A stretch of DNA of 61,145 nt, filler included, from Nemertoderma westbladi (GCA_032718475.1; 4 parts of 4 records of this genome joined end to end with filler, not necessarily neighbours in it), one strand, 5' to 3'. Positions 25,409 through 38,236 are shown, counted from the whole stretch's first letter. A program made the numbers and translations. The notes: a model not told the origin generated them from the letters alone.

Positions 25409-27345
25409 TGGTACACCATCTGGTAGTTATACAACTGTGCGTAGAATAATATCGCACTTTGCAGATCAACAACCAAAAATAATTCAAGGGGACATAGTAG
25501 AACACTTTGATAATTCCCAAGTTTTATCGAAGACATATCGATCGAGGTTGAGAAACAGCACAATTAATTGTAAGTGTTGTTTGCAATAGATATCAGGTAA
25601 ACATTGATCCACAATTTTGCTTACAATATTGTCCTATGGCATCTCCAGCAGTCTGGCGAACTTGTACCTTTGACTACTCACGTGTGGCCCTCATCAATGC
25701 AGACATGGGGGCACTATTTAATAGTGCAAGAGACGAACTAATTAAGCTTTATATTCAGCAAGTTTCTGATGAAAAATGGATGAGATTGGAAAGGACTATT
25801 GATACTACTTTAGATACATTCTCATTCAAGGAAACTAAACAGTGTAGCCATTGTCAGGTGAAATATTTAAAATCAAAAAGACAATGTGATAATTGTGGTT
25901 CAGCCCTGAGCCTTATAAATCCTCCTGATGCTCCTTGTTCTGCAGGAAACTTTATGTCATCGGAAGATATATATACCACATTTCGTTCTAAATTTGATAT
26001 TAATTTATCAACTGTATATGACGATTCCATTAGAAAGCCCATAATGCTCAATCCTAACTCATACAAAAACATTGGAAATATTCTTAGCACTATACGTTCT
26101 GAGATTGGTGAGCGAAAGTGGGTGGCATGTTATATAGATGGCCTAATCTATACATTGGTGGCTCGAATGATTTTACAAAGACCACGCGACTTTAATTGGT
26201 TTGTACCTGTTGTTGCAGCCGGCCACTATGAGATGAATGCTCATAGGCTCATAAGGGAGATCAATTGGGACATATTTTTTCAAGAAGTTTGTAAACTCAT
26301 GGGTTACAAAACAGAAGCTTCATTGCAGTACTCAAAACGTGGATCAGATTTCCACAAATCTATCGATCTATTTTTTCAAACTTTCGATGCACTAGCATTA
26401 GAGCTCATAGTCCCTTACATACGTCATATTAAACTGAAACTTGGAGATGACGAAACTCCTAGTGTATCAGGTTTTTACAATTATTTTAATTCTCAAAATG
26501 AAAAGACATATGAATTTTTATTTCATATGACATTTGGTCCTATGTTAGCACTCGTACTTTATCGAACAGCAACTAGAATTTCACCACAAGATAATCTCCT
26601 ACTCGCTTCGCGTCGGAAATTTTCAACTTTATGGCATGCTGTCCCCAACCACCCAAATTATCGTTTGATTGAAGGGTTTGACTTTTTTCAATATTGTATG
26701 CAACCTGACAATATTAAAGAATGGATTAAGAAACACAGTAATGTATCTCGTAATGATAATCGAAGTCAACCATTAGATCTGGTAGGGGAAGAGTCTGTGA
26801 AACGCATCAAAGCTGTTTTGGTTTCCAATCCGGATGAAAGTAACTGGAAACAGGCGTGTTGCAGCGCTGACAAGGTAGATCAAATAAAGCATCATGTTTT
26901 CAGGAAAATTGGAGTAGAATCAGAATACAATCCAAGAAATAAAGATCCAATGAGTTCTGAGAAAACTATGATTCGTTTATTATTTAGAGAAAACAGGTAC
27001 TGTACTCCACATCAGCGAACAAATATCCAAAATATTAATGGTGATATATTAGATTCATCTATGGAAAAAATTTTCAATATTGGCGCCTCTGTGGCAATCA
27101 ATATTGTGCAATATTGGCAATCCCTCTGTGAGCAAGTCGAGTTCGATGGAAATGCTACATATGCCTATCCCATGTGTAGCGACCGCGCAAAAACAGAAGC
27201 AATTGCAAAATTAACTGCGGAGCAACTGCGCGAAAAATTGATAGATATTTTGTCTAATTGGCAGTCTGATTTCGTAGACTACTCAGAACTCCTTAAATTG
27301 TCCAAGAAAAAACAAGAACTAGTCGATTTGTACTTCCAAATATAG
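25409..27345 (+). repeat. near-identical tandem duplicate of 23478-25401 (transposase core), carrying the original stop codon
   Basis: Offset 1931 bp. Differences seen: one SNP (catcgat/cattgat) and a 19->28-bp replacement near 27088-27115. Confidence 0.96.
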
Positions 27346-28196
27346 ATAAGATATGAGCAATACCATAGAAGCGGAGCCTGAAACTGATGAATAGTCTGTT
27401 CTGAATCATTCATACCATTAGAATATATATTATATTGCACTAGTCCTAATCTTTTGTGGTTTATAAATTGTATTGATATTAAATTCCGAAATTGCATATA
27501 ATATAACAATTTAATAACAATGATTTGTGTTCTTTAATTAATTTACAGATTCTTGTTTATTTTTAAAGATTGCGATGGGTTAGTTATTAAATGTCATTTC
27601 CATGATTTCTAGGCAGCCAGCTTTCAACCTTAACCTATATTTGGCTCTGTCTGGCCACAATATAAAATTTATATGATTGATTAATTGACACCCCCCCCCC
27701 CCCCCTCCCATTCGAAATAATAATGCCATATATAATTAAACTAAGCTAAGAATGGTGAACTGAACTGTTATTTATCAAGATAAGGGGGGGGGGGGGGGGG
27801 ACTGGACGCTATAAAATTGCATCCCTATCCAGGGGAAATTGGACGCAAATAACAGTTGATTACTCTCAAAAATAAAACTGTAACCTGTTCTATTGTGTTT
27901 AGTTTATTGTTTTGGTTAAAATAACGTGCCTTTGTAACCTGCTCCTTTCCAGAAGGAATCCATAATAAAATATCCCATTTTTCATTTCGTCAGTTGTCCA
28001 GTTTAAAATATAAAGCTATAATAATTAAAATTGATGTTACAGAAAATTAAACAGATTTAATAATAAACCTTCAACTTCAAATCGTGCAACCATCCATCTT
28101 CTAAACTTATACGCATCATATTTATACTACTGGTATAATATTAAATTAATTATTATTATTATTAATAAGTAATTTTAACACCAGGTAAATGCTATC

Positions 28197-29076
28197 CTAC
28201 TTCTGGTTTCTATGTCGCACACACAAGTAACCAATTTCTGTAATAGCTTGACGTTGCTGGTTCGTCTTGGGGTAAAACCCAATACAGCCGGCTTCTACCC
28301 AGTTTTAGCAGGGCCTTTTCCCTATTACTCTATCACACCCGATCCAAATATCCTTCGATTTGACATACTTTGTACCGCAAACAGCACATCGATTTTTTGT
28401 ACCGTAATTGCTTTGACGGTTGGCATTGTCGATCTCATCTAACTCCTCTTCCAACACCTGAGAAGCGGTGTCTTTAGTTTCAGTGATACACGACTTGCTT
28501 GTTTGCGTATACTCTGTTGCCAGAATTCTCTTTTTTACTGGTGAAGGGAAGGATATAATAACACCATCATCACCCATACCAACTGGAACATTGTCCCCGT
28601 CTATTCGTCGCGATTTCTTAACTCCACCAACTGGTTCTTGAGACTTCGACAGAAGTTATTCAGCGCCGGGACTTATATATTGGTGTCTAATGTTTTTTTT
28701 TCTCATTTACAATGGTAAGTGAAACGCTGGCCCGAAGTTGATATGTCATAACCTCCGAGTCCCAAATTAATTGTTTAGATTTCCTTGAGAAAATACTAGA
28801 GCGCTTTGGAGTTCCAAATGTCTCTAATTTTTTATACGGACCTCTACTTCCCTTTCCAAGCTTTGGTTGAGGCCTAAGTTGTTTGCGAGATCCGGTTGAA
28901 GTAGGTGTAGTTGTGATCGTCGTGGAATCGGATGTACCAGTAGGAGCGCTACCGGCGCCCGAATCGGATCCTGTATGTGGGATATCAATATGTAAAACCT
29001 CAGAAGGATCTGCTGCTGATATATCCATACCAGTATCCATTTGACAAACTTCAAGGTCATGCAGAAAACTTTCCAT
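28197..29076 (-). pseudogene. accessory ORF with a MADS-box-like domain and a C-terminal PHD-like finger (1 frameshift, 2 stops)
   Basis: ORFs 28687-29076 and 28305-28577 join by removing one A from an A9 run. C-terminus reads CAVC..WIGCD..C*NWVEAGC..YLCVRH. Confidence 0.6.
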
Positions 29077-29094
29077 TTCAGAGACAACTTTCTT

Positions 29095-30140
29095 TCCATT
29101 TCCATGTCATACCACCCTGATTCCGTGGCATCGTAGACAGCATTAGCAGGTCCACCCTGGCCCCAGCAAGGATTGTACTTCTTAGCCTTAACACTACCAT
29201 CAATGGTAACAATTTCCCATCTGCAGAGCCACTAAACATTATGGACAAGCATTGTTTTGATTTAGAAATCACTTGTTCCACATGTTTCACACCTCGCTTA
29301 CAAACAACACGTTTGTCTCCTGGTTGATTGCTGACATTTGTCTCCTCGAAATTAAAGACGTTTGATGCCGGTATGCCCTCTTCAGGTATCTCAGCATGAT
29401 AATTGACGAAGAACTTATTTATTAGCTCCTCTCCAACTTCGCCTCTAGCAGGTGTAACATTGTCAGCAATGCGCTGAGTAAGGTTGTGACGTTTTAGGAA
29501 TAGTGCCATCCAATCTGGTCCAGGTAAGTTTAAGACATCTTGGTCTCCTGCATTGATTGGTTTCTTAGTGAACACAGCAACGGATTTACCCGCATTGTTC
29601 AGAAACTGCTGAACCATCAGGCAGACTTCAGTAGCATCAAGTGGCTTCTTCCATCTTTCTGGGATGTTTACTGCTTGAACGATTTTCGATTCCTCCAGTT
29701 CAGTTAAGGCAGTTCGGTGGCCCCATGGGTTCATATGCTTCTCGCAAACCTTATTCCATAGAGTTCCATATGGAATGCCCACCTCTTTGCTAACTGACAA
29801 AATCGATTCGCCTGTTTGCCTAACACGTTTCACTGCATCCTCTATCTGTGCACTGCATTGCATTATATAGCACTGCATTAAATCAGGCCAAGCATAATAT
29901 TTATCACATTATTATACAATTATTGTCCAAAAAACAATGGGTCGATTGCGCAAAAAATGGCCAAATTCCAGGTTAAAAAATTTAAAAAAAATTTTTTCGC
30001 AAACCCTATCAAACCATACATATTTTGAAAGCCCTTTATGTGCTGATTTCAAATTTCATAGTGGTTCGTTTTTTCCACCAATAGTAAAGAAGTTATGGAC
30101 GAAAAACTTATGTCCTGTCGGTAACGATTTGTCTCATATG
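29095..30140 (-). mobile_element. 3'-truncated pogo/Tigger-like (CENP-B, DDE_1) transposon
   Basis: HTH region VGIPYGTL, PGPDWMALFLKRH, VFNFEET (first catalytic D->E), MFSGSADGKLLP, then frameshifted to ESGWYD. Putative 5' end TA|CATATGAGAC at 30140. Confidence 0.88.
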
Positions 30141-30351
30141 TAACGCAAGTTTAAACCAATCAGGTAGTCGCTAGAGTTTAAACTGACCAATCAAATAAGA
30201 AATAATTTGGAGACATTTTATTATGACATAATATCGAAATTATTATGATACAGTTATATGCAATATTACAACATACAATATTACAATATACAATACTGCA
30301 ATATAAATTATTAAATGCACAACTCCTACTGAAACCCGATGAAAAGATGAA

Positions 30352-31808
30352 ATGTGCCGAACTACAAGAGTCCCACAAGAAATGAAAACAAATAAGTTGG
30401 TGCCAGTTCCCAAGAAGGGCAACCTAACTCTCTATGGCTCTTTTCGGGGAATCTCATTGATCTCGATTGCTGCAAAGCTATACAATAGGATTCTATTAAA
30501 TCGCATCAGGGATCCCATTGAGAGACTGCTCCGTGGAAATCAGAATGGGTTCTGTATAGGTCGTGGGACCATGGAGCCCATTTTGGCACTTAGAAGGATA
30601 ATTGAAGAGTTATCAAAAAAGAAAGACAGGCATCTGGCTGTTATCTTTGTTGACTTCTTCAAGGCCTTTGATTCAGTCTCTCGCTCACGTATGTTCACCA
30701 TACTTTCATTATATGGGATTCCTGATGAAATTATTGCAGCAATCAGATCAGTATACGATGGTTCGACAACATTTGTGTCTACTGTTGACGGTGACACAGA
30801 ACCATTTGAAGTGTTATGGGGCGTCCTCCAAGGAGACACACTTGCACCATTCTTGTTCATTATTGTGGTTGACTATGTTCTACGCATGTCCTTAGATCAT
30901 TATAATGATGATGGCGTGATGATAACTCCACCTACTGGCTCCAGAAGTCGAGGAAATCCTGCCAAGTACCTAACTGATCTAGACTTTGCTGATGACTTAG
31001 GAGTACTATCAGAATCATTAGAGGGAGCCCAACGGCTCCTCAGCTCATTAGAACATGCTGCTTCTAGTGTTGGTCTTTTTATTAACTCCAGAAAGACCAA
31101 AATTCTGACAGTTAACTTTGAAAGTCCTCAGCAAGTCTCTGATCGGATGAGCATAAGCTCAAAGGATGGTATGCTTGAGCATGTGGACGACTTCTGTTAC
31201 CTGGGATCATGGATCCGGAAGTCAGGTGAGGACCTTCGAATACGTAAGGGAAAGGCATGGGCAGCCTTGAATAGGCTTTCCAGGAAGTCACCGAGAATTA
31301 ATCGGAAACTTAAGGTCCGATTATTTAGAGCAGCAGTAGTTCCAGTACTCCTCTACGGGAGTCCATGCTGGGCTCTAACTGCTGAGGACACCAAATCTCT
31401 GGATGGCACATTCACAAGAATGCTACGCCGGGTTCATTGTGTCAAGTACAATGCACACATCTCCAACCAGACACTATATAACATTGGAGGTGTCTCATTG
31501 GTTCCCCCAAGCTTGACACTAGAACAAAATCGCCTCCGCTTTGCAGGACATTGCTTTCGCCGTGAGGACCAGCCAGTGCATAATCTTGTACTTTGGCAGC
31601 CTCATGGAGTGAATAAGCATGGTGGACAGCCCATGACTTTCTTGAGACGCATCTTAAAGGACACTGGCCTTAAAGAAGCGGATGATCTAGCAAATGTCAT
31701 GGGTGATAGGGAGTTGTGGCGGTGCAATTTTGTTGACAAGCCGGCACAGCATTCTTAAAAATGCAGCTGCAATGCAGCATGCCGATCATAGCAGTAGTAG
31801 TAGTAGTA
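30352..31808 (+). mobile_element. 5'-truncated RTE-like LINE (reverse transcriptase and 3' UTR)
   Basis: RGISL, QNGF, FVDFFKAFDSV, GVLQGDTLAPFLF, DFADD, YLGS, followed by an (AGT)n tail. Confidence 0.95.
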
Positions 31809-31879
31809 ATTATTTATGTTTGGGCTATTTTTATTTATTTTTATTGGTTTGGATCACTCTAATGCTCTATACAAGTATA

Positions 31880-32961
31880 TAAGTGTAGTGGTACGTCATT
31901 TTTGGAGCACCAAATTTAGGGCGTGGCACTTTAAAATTTCAAAATTACTTTATTCGGAAAATTTACTAAAATCCTGATTTCGAAGCATTTTTATTGGTTT
32001 TCTGGAGCGCTGAATCGATTAAAAGTAGTATAGAAGCCTGAAGACTTAGTGGTTCGCAATTTTCGGTGCACCAAAATTAGGGCGTGGCACTTCAAATTTT
32101 GAAAAATACGAGATTCGGAAAATTCACTAAAGTTTTGATTTCAAATTAATTTTATAGGTTTTCTGGAGCGCTGAATCGATTGAAAGTAATATAGAAGCCT
32201 CAAATCCTTTGTGTACGTAATTTTCGGTGCACCAAAATTAGGGCGTGGCACTTCAAATTTTCAAAATTACTTTATTCAGAAAAAACACTAAAGTTTTGAT
32301 TTCAAAAAATGGCTAACTTCTAAGTCTTCAGGCGTCTATATTACTTTCAATCGATTCAGCAGTCTGGAAAACCTATATAAATAAATTCGTTAAAATTTCA
32401 ATTCTGGTTTATTTTCTGAATCTCGTATTTTTCAAAATTTGAAGTGCCACACCCTAATTTTGGTGCACCTAAAATGGCGAACCACTCAGTCTTCAGGCTT
32501 CTATATTACTTTCAATCGATTCAGCGGCCCAGAAAACCCATAAAGATGCGTTGAAATAAAAAAATTAGGGGCATTTTCTGAATATCTAATTTTTCAAAAT
32601 TTGAAGTGCCACGCCCACTTCTTAGGTGCACGAAAATTTTTGGAAGTGGAATATAATCACATTCGATTCAGCGTCTTGAAAAACCTACTAAATCTAGCCA
32701 ACACTGCCACACTATTAGTGTTTAGAAAACGAAAAATTTTGTAATTTTGTCCTGGGACTACTTTTATTTTTCATCAAAATTATGAGTCCCTGCTTATGAA
32801 ATTTTAACTTTTTAAGGTTTGGTAGTGTTCATCTATAGTTGTTTCACCAACAGCCCAAATTTTGTAGGATTTCATTGGACGACTACAAAAATATAGTGGG
32901 TGGGCCGAATCGCCCCCCCCCCAGTGGTGCTAATGGTAAAAACACCCCAGTGGTAATAGGG
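31880..32961. mobile_element. piggyBac-like non-autonomous element with about 160-bp internal repeats in head-to-head arrays
   Basis: Terminus CCCCAGTGGTAATAGGG|TTAA. It interrupts the Helitron helicase ORF at HSRF. Confidence 0.75.
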
Positions 32962-32965
32962 TTAA

Positions 32966-34290
32966 ATCGTGAGTGGAATGTGTGCCCTTTGGAAAGTAGA
33001 AGTGCGGCAACAGCACTCGACGATGTAGCAAGAGCCACATTTGTTTGTTCCTTTGAAGTCCGAGATGCTGGTAGCAACGTGTTAAGTAGAAATGTTTTGC
33101 CAGTCCCTCCGCGAGCCGATATAAACATGGCTAAAGATTGGTCTGTAAAAAATAATTATTTTCACAATTATGAATTAGATTAAAAAAATTGGGTTCTTTA
33201 AAGTCATTATTATTATCCACTCCTCCCTGCTGGTGCACATATTTTTCTTAAATTTATTGTACATATAAAGTTATTTATAAAAACATAAAAACACAGATAA
33301 AAATATGGCAAAATAACAACGTACTATTATTGATGCATTCCATCACTTTATTGTAAATAGCCAGTTGATCTTCTTTTAATAAGGCGATTCTCCATTGGTG
33401 TTCTAGTACTTTTTCATCAAAGTCCAAACTTAGCTCATCCTAAATAAAAAACATTATTTGAACACATTAGGATTGTTGGTTCTTTCTAATGAAAATTATT
33501 ATTATTACATCATATCATTATAATATTCTTAGTAATACTATTCCAATCTTTGTTCTCAAGGGTGTCGAGTTCGATCCCATGGTGGGATATTTTAACAAAA
33601 ACCCATGCCTAGTGAGCCTCTAGTTCTTTCTTGAAATTAGAATAATGAGGTACCATTATTTTTTTGGAAAAAGTAAAGTCCATGTGTCCAGAGGTCCATG
33701 TCCAAGGCCCAAGCTGAGACTATCTTTAATTACATTTTTTTAAAGTGTTGTCTACGCCTAAATGATTTTGCAAATGGATTCTAACCTGTATAATGACAGG
33801 GAAATGGGGTTGACTCTCTGAGAGTAGAATTATGTCAGGCGTATGTCTCCCTGAGTTGGAGTGGGAAGCCCAAAGTCTTTCAGTTGTTTATATTTCTGCT
33901 GTAGTTTAGTTTGTATATCATTGAGGAGTAGAATTCGAATATCATCAACAGAGGAGTTCGGGAAGCGGCGGCTGAAGTCGTGAGTCCACTCGTGTTGATG
34001 TGCGTTAAACAATGCTAATGGATTAGAGGGATTGCAGTGAATTAGAATTACTACAAATAAACTGCGAATTGCAGGGCACAGTTTCATCTCATCAGCCTCC
34101 CTCAGAACACTATCCCATTCACCGTTGTCTTCTAAGAGGCCAATTCGTAGACATACTTCCTTGTATGTTGCTGCCTCGAACTGATCCACTTGTTAACATA
34201 TCCTGAAATAGTAAAACTCCACCTATTATTAATGATTTCGGGAGCACCATTATGCGATCCGGCTATAGTTGACCAATGTTCAGCATCCTA
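32966..34290 (-). mobile_element. Helitron RepHel fragment (intron-containing, degraded)
   Basis: PIF1-like motifs FISARGGTGKTFLLN and ATSSSAVAALLLSKGHTFHSRF; linker TYKEVCLRIGLLEDNGEW..IRSLFVVILIHCNPSNP. GT-AG splice sites at about 33785/33439 and 33325/33143. Confidence 0.88.
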
Positions 34291-34529
34291 CACAATAATA
34301 TATTGCGTTATTAATGTTCAAATTTGTTAAAAGAAGAATTAAAAAAAAATCCACACTGAATATTGAATAAAAGTAAAATAAACAATACGCTAAACGTGTT
34401 ATATATAAATTATAGTAAAAAAAACACCCTTTCTCTTGTTTAGTAAGTAAGATGTAGTAGTATCCGAGATATAGTAGTAATAACCTTGAAACTAATTTTA
34501 TAATTTATGTATTATTTATATATTTTAAA

Positions 34530-34770
34530 CTGGACTTTGGATGAATAACTCTATTACAAATGAGCGAAAAAATGAACTCGCAACCACCAGCGGGGTTCGA
34601 AACCTTGTCTCCCAATAACCGTTCAGGTATGCAGACCACAAGCAGACACTTGCCTTCATGGTGTAGTGGTCAGCATACCTGAACTTTTATCGGGAGACTT
34701 GGGCCGCTTGTGGTGAGTTCAATTTTTCCCTCAATTTACAATAGAGCTGTTCATCCAATTAAGGTCCAAA
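34530..34770. repeat. head-to-head inverted pair of tRNA-derived repeats
   Basis: TGGTGTAGTGGTCAGCATACCTGAAC (A-box-like) at about 34659 and its diverged complement, which retains a B-box-like GTTTCGAACCC. Confidence 0.7.
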
Positions 34771-35129
34771 ATAATTAATAATTTATACAATTTATAGATA
34801 TGTTAATCATAAAAAGAAATAACCTTGAAACTTAGTTTGCCCTTGCTTATGGTTGTGGTTAAGTAGCAATCTAAGATAGAATTCATCCCCTGCTAGGGGA
34901 TGCGCGGTATTTATTTATTTATTTATTTTATTTTAATCCGGGCCACTGACGCCCATAGAGATTACACAGATATAACTAGAACTATAGAATATTATAAAAA
35001 AAAGGACAAGGATGTTCCCCCCAACCATTGTACTACTTCAATCAATGAATTTAAAAAAAAAAGAACAAAACACAAGCAAACTTAAGTCAAAGAGAAAATG
35101 AATAAGTTAAAGGCAAGCATATACCCCAC

Positions 35130-35500
35130 ACCCAACCAGATGAAAGTGCGTATTTTCGGGGCCCGAGATAGCCAGGACGGTGCACTGTTTGTCCTTAAAG
35201 AAACAGCAAAGAGACAAGCAGATAAGTTTGCTGCCGTTGTAATACACACAGTCCAACACGACTTTTACGCAGATGATGGCTTAAAGAGCTGTGTCACTGA
35301 GGAGCAAGTCATTAACATAGCTCACGACTTACAGGACTACTTAGTGGATGGCGGATTTAAACTGAAGAAGTTTGTATCCAACTCTGCCGCACTTGTTGAA
35401 TCTTTCCCAGAGGAAGAACGTGGGAGCGGTAATATCGAACTCGAGTTCGAGCCAATGCCTGTTTCCAAGGTTCCTGGACGAGTTTACAGTGGATACGAGT
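35130..35500 (+). mobile_element. BEL/Pao LTR retrotransposon RT fragment
   Basis: FGARDS..HDFYADD..GGFKLKKFVSNS..KVPG. Confidence 0.85.
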
Positions 35501-36799
35501 ATCCATCTACCATATATCAATCAGCAGTTACTAAAGCAGTCGCTAATTTGAGACAGCTTTAAGACAGTCTCTAGCCGGAATTATTTTGATATCGTCCTAC
35601 ATTTTCACATTGTAGATTATTATTTTAGTATGATATTCACCTGATGTATTGTAGTAAGAACTGTATCTGACAGTCTATTATTTATTATTATACTTTAGGA
35701 CTACATTAGGTCCATCTCAGTAATTCTTTTGAAGGGTAAATTTTTACGACCTCTGCGTAGCTCCTAGTAGTTCTTAGCTCAACTACTTAAAACCAAGAAC
35801 CACCTATCATTCCATGACAGAGATAAAACCAAGAACCACCTATCATAGACAGAGATAGTTAAGAATATCGTATTGGGTTATTTCAACTCTGTATCGTATT
35901 GCAAGGAGAAGCCATTCATTTCTAAAGTCAACTGGACAAGCGCAAATGATTGCATCAAACTGATAAGTCAACGACAACTCGTGAAATTAATCAATAGTAA
36001 GTACAGGTGTAGAATGAAGGATTTTCTCATCATTCACAAGAAACAGGGCATCTGCCAGCTTATCATCAAACTCAATCATTGAGTTTACCTCCTTCTCCTG
36101 TCTCTCTAGGGATGACCAAAGGGTGATAGTTTTGCGGAAGCTCTTGATAGCCTCTCTGGCCAAGGAGATCTTGGATCGTAGGTGAGATGATATTTCATCT
36201 GCACCAGTTGATCCGCTTCAGGCGGCCATCTAAACTTTCACCCTTTATTCCACATTTATCACGCTCCTCTACCATCACCAACTTCTACTGCCCAATATCA
36301 CAGACTGACAGTTCTACAAAACCCTGATCAGTGGTGCCCAACTGCCTCTGAACCTGGAATGCAATAGTAGCAACCGTGTTGAGGTTTTGCTTGACATATT
36401 TTTGACTGTTACATTGATCCTCCTCAATGGAGTCCTTCCATTTCTGGAGAACCTGTCTGTACAGACTGTAAGTGTGTCTGACCCATGTATGAATTATTTT
36501 GGTCATTAATACTATATTCTTCAACAGTTTAACCTGAAATATCATTGACTTTCACATTTTTTATAATTTCTAAAAATACTAGCTAGCAAAAAGATTTTTT
36601 ATGGTATAATGCTAGTATTTTTTACAATATATTCTTCAACAGTTTAACCTGAAATATCATGGACTTTCACATTTTTTATAATTTCTAAAAATACTAGCTA
36701 GCAAAAATATCCAAAAAATGGGGCCCCAATACCGAAAAAGTGCCGAAGACCAAACATATGCCAAATCATCTATATCACTTTCTAGACCAGAGCAATATA

Positions 36800-37406
36800 C
36801 ATGTTTAACTCGAGTACTTGGACAAATATGGGACCTTGACAACAACGAACTCGGATATAATGTATCACATGTTCACAACTTTATATCTTCAATTAAACCA
36901 TGCAAACGAGCCGTTCTTCAATTATTTGCTCGTTTATATGATCCTCTAGGTCTAGGTCTAGGTCTTATTTACAGCAAAAATGAAAATTGCCTTCCATGAA
37001 CTTTGTGTAGAAAAGGCTGATTGGAATGACGAATTACCACCATCTATTCTAAAGCAATGGAATGAATAGATGAAAACATTACGACTTATTAACGAAGTTC
37101 GGATACCAAGATATTTATTTAATAAGATCAGCGAGAACGTCTCAACTCAAATCCATGGATTTGGAGATGCCAGTAAAGACATATATGCAGCGGCTGCGGC
37201 AGTATATGTGAGATCTACATTCATTGATGGTTCAATATCAGTACAACTCATAGCATCACATTCAAAATTAAGCAAACCTATAAAAACAAGCAAAGTCAAG
37301 TTAAACATACCAAGACTGGAATTACAAGCATCGCTCATTACATCAAGGCTTGTTAAGTTCGTAGACAAAGGTCTCAGAATTGAAAATTGTGAACATATCA
37401 TGTGGT
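36800..37406 (+). mobile_element. BEL/Pao pol fragment (connection/RNase H)
   Basis: RVLGQIWD, KRAVLQLFARLYDPLG, WNDELP, IHGFGDASK..YAA, IPRLELQA. Cut at WS by the RTE copy. Confidence 0.88.
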
Positions 37407-37947
37407 CTACTACTACTACTAGTATTGGCATGCTGCATTGCAGCTGCATTTTTAAGAATGCTGTGCCGGCTTGTCAACAAAATTACGCCGCCACAACTCC
37501 CTATCACCCATGACATTTGCTAGATCATCCGCATCTTCAAGGCCAGTGTCCTTTAAGATGCGTCTCAAGAAAGTCATAGGCTGTCCACCATGCTTATTCA
37601 CTCCATGAGGCTGCCAAAGTACAAGAATATGCACTGGCTGGTCCTCACGGCGAAAGCAATGTCCTGCAAAGTGGAGGCGATTTTGTTCTAGTGTCAAGCT
37701 TGGAGGAACCAATGAGACACCTCCAATGTTATATAGTGTCTGGTTGGAGATGTGTGCATTGTACTTGATACAATGAACGCAGCGTAGCATTCTTGTGAAT
37801 GTGCCATCCAGAGATTTGCGACTTTTATACTGTGATGGATACTGTGACCTCCAAATCCTGGAAAGCCTATTCAAGGCTGCCCATGCCTTTCCCTTATGTA
37901 TTCGAAGGTCCTCCCTGACTTCCAGATCCATGATCCCAGGTAACAGA
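37407..37947 (-). mobile_element. second, shorter copy of the RTE-like LINE 3' end
   Basis: Near-identical to about 31195-31808 with an internal rearrangement, and has the same (AGT)n tail. Confidence 0.93.
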
Positions 37948-38236
37948 ATATATACCTAGTGCAGTAGTGATAATGGGTAACATATTTTAAATATAAAGTT
38001 CATAGAAACTAAGTCTGGATGTTGATTATGATGAATGACTGGAACGATTAAACCGCATCTACGGCAACCTCGCTAGCTCCAGCGGCTGGTGGTACACCGT
38101 CACCAGCAATGTCGCTCTGTACCTGATGTACCTGGTTTATCAAATTAGATCAAATGAAAATAAATTGCCCAAAAATGCAAATTTCCCGACTGGGATTCGA
38201 ACTCGTAACCTACCTGTAATGTAACCAACGCCTTAA

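Noticed and set aside
32036-32060. Other CTGANGA motifs as hammerheads (also about 23835, 27385, 35363)
   Set aside because: No stem II followed by GAAA and no closing stems.
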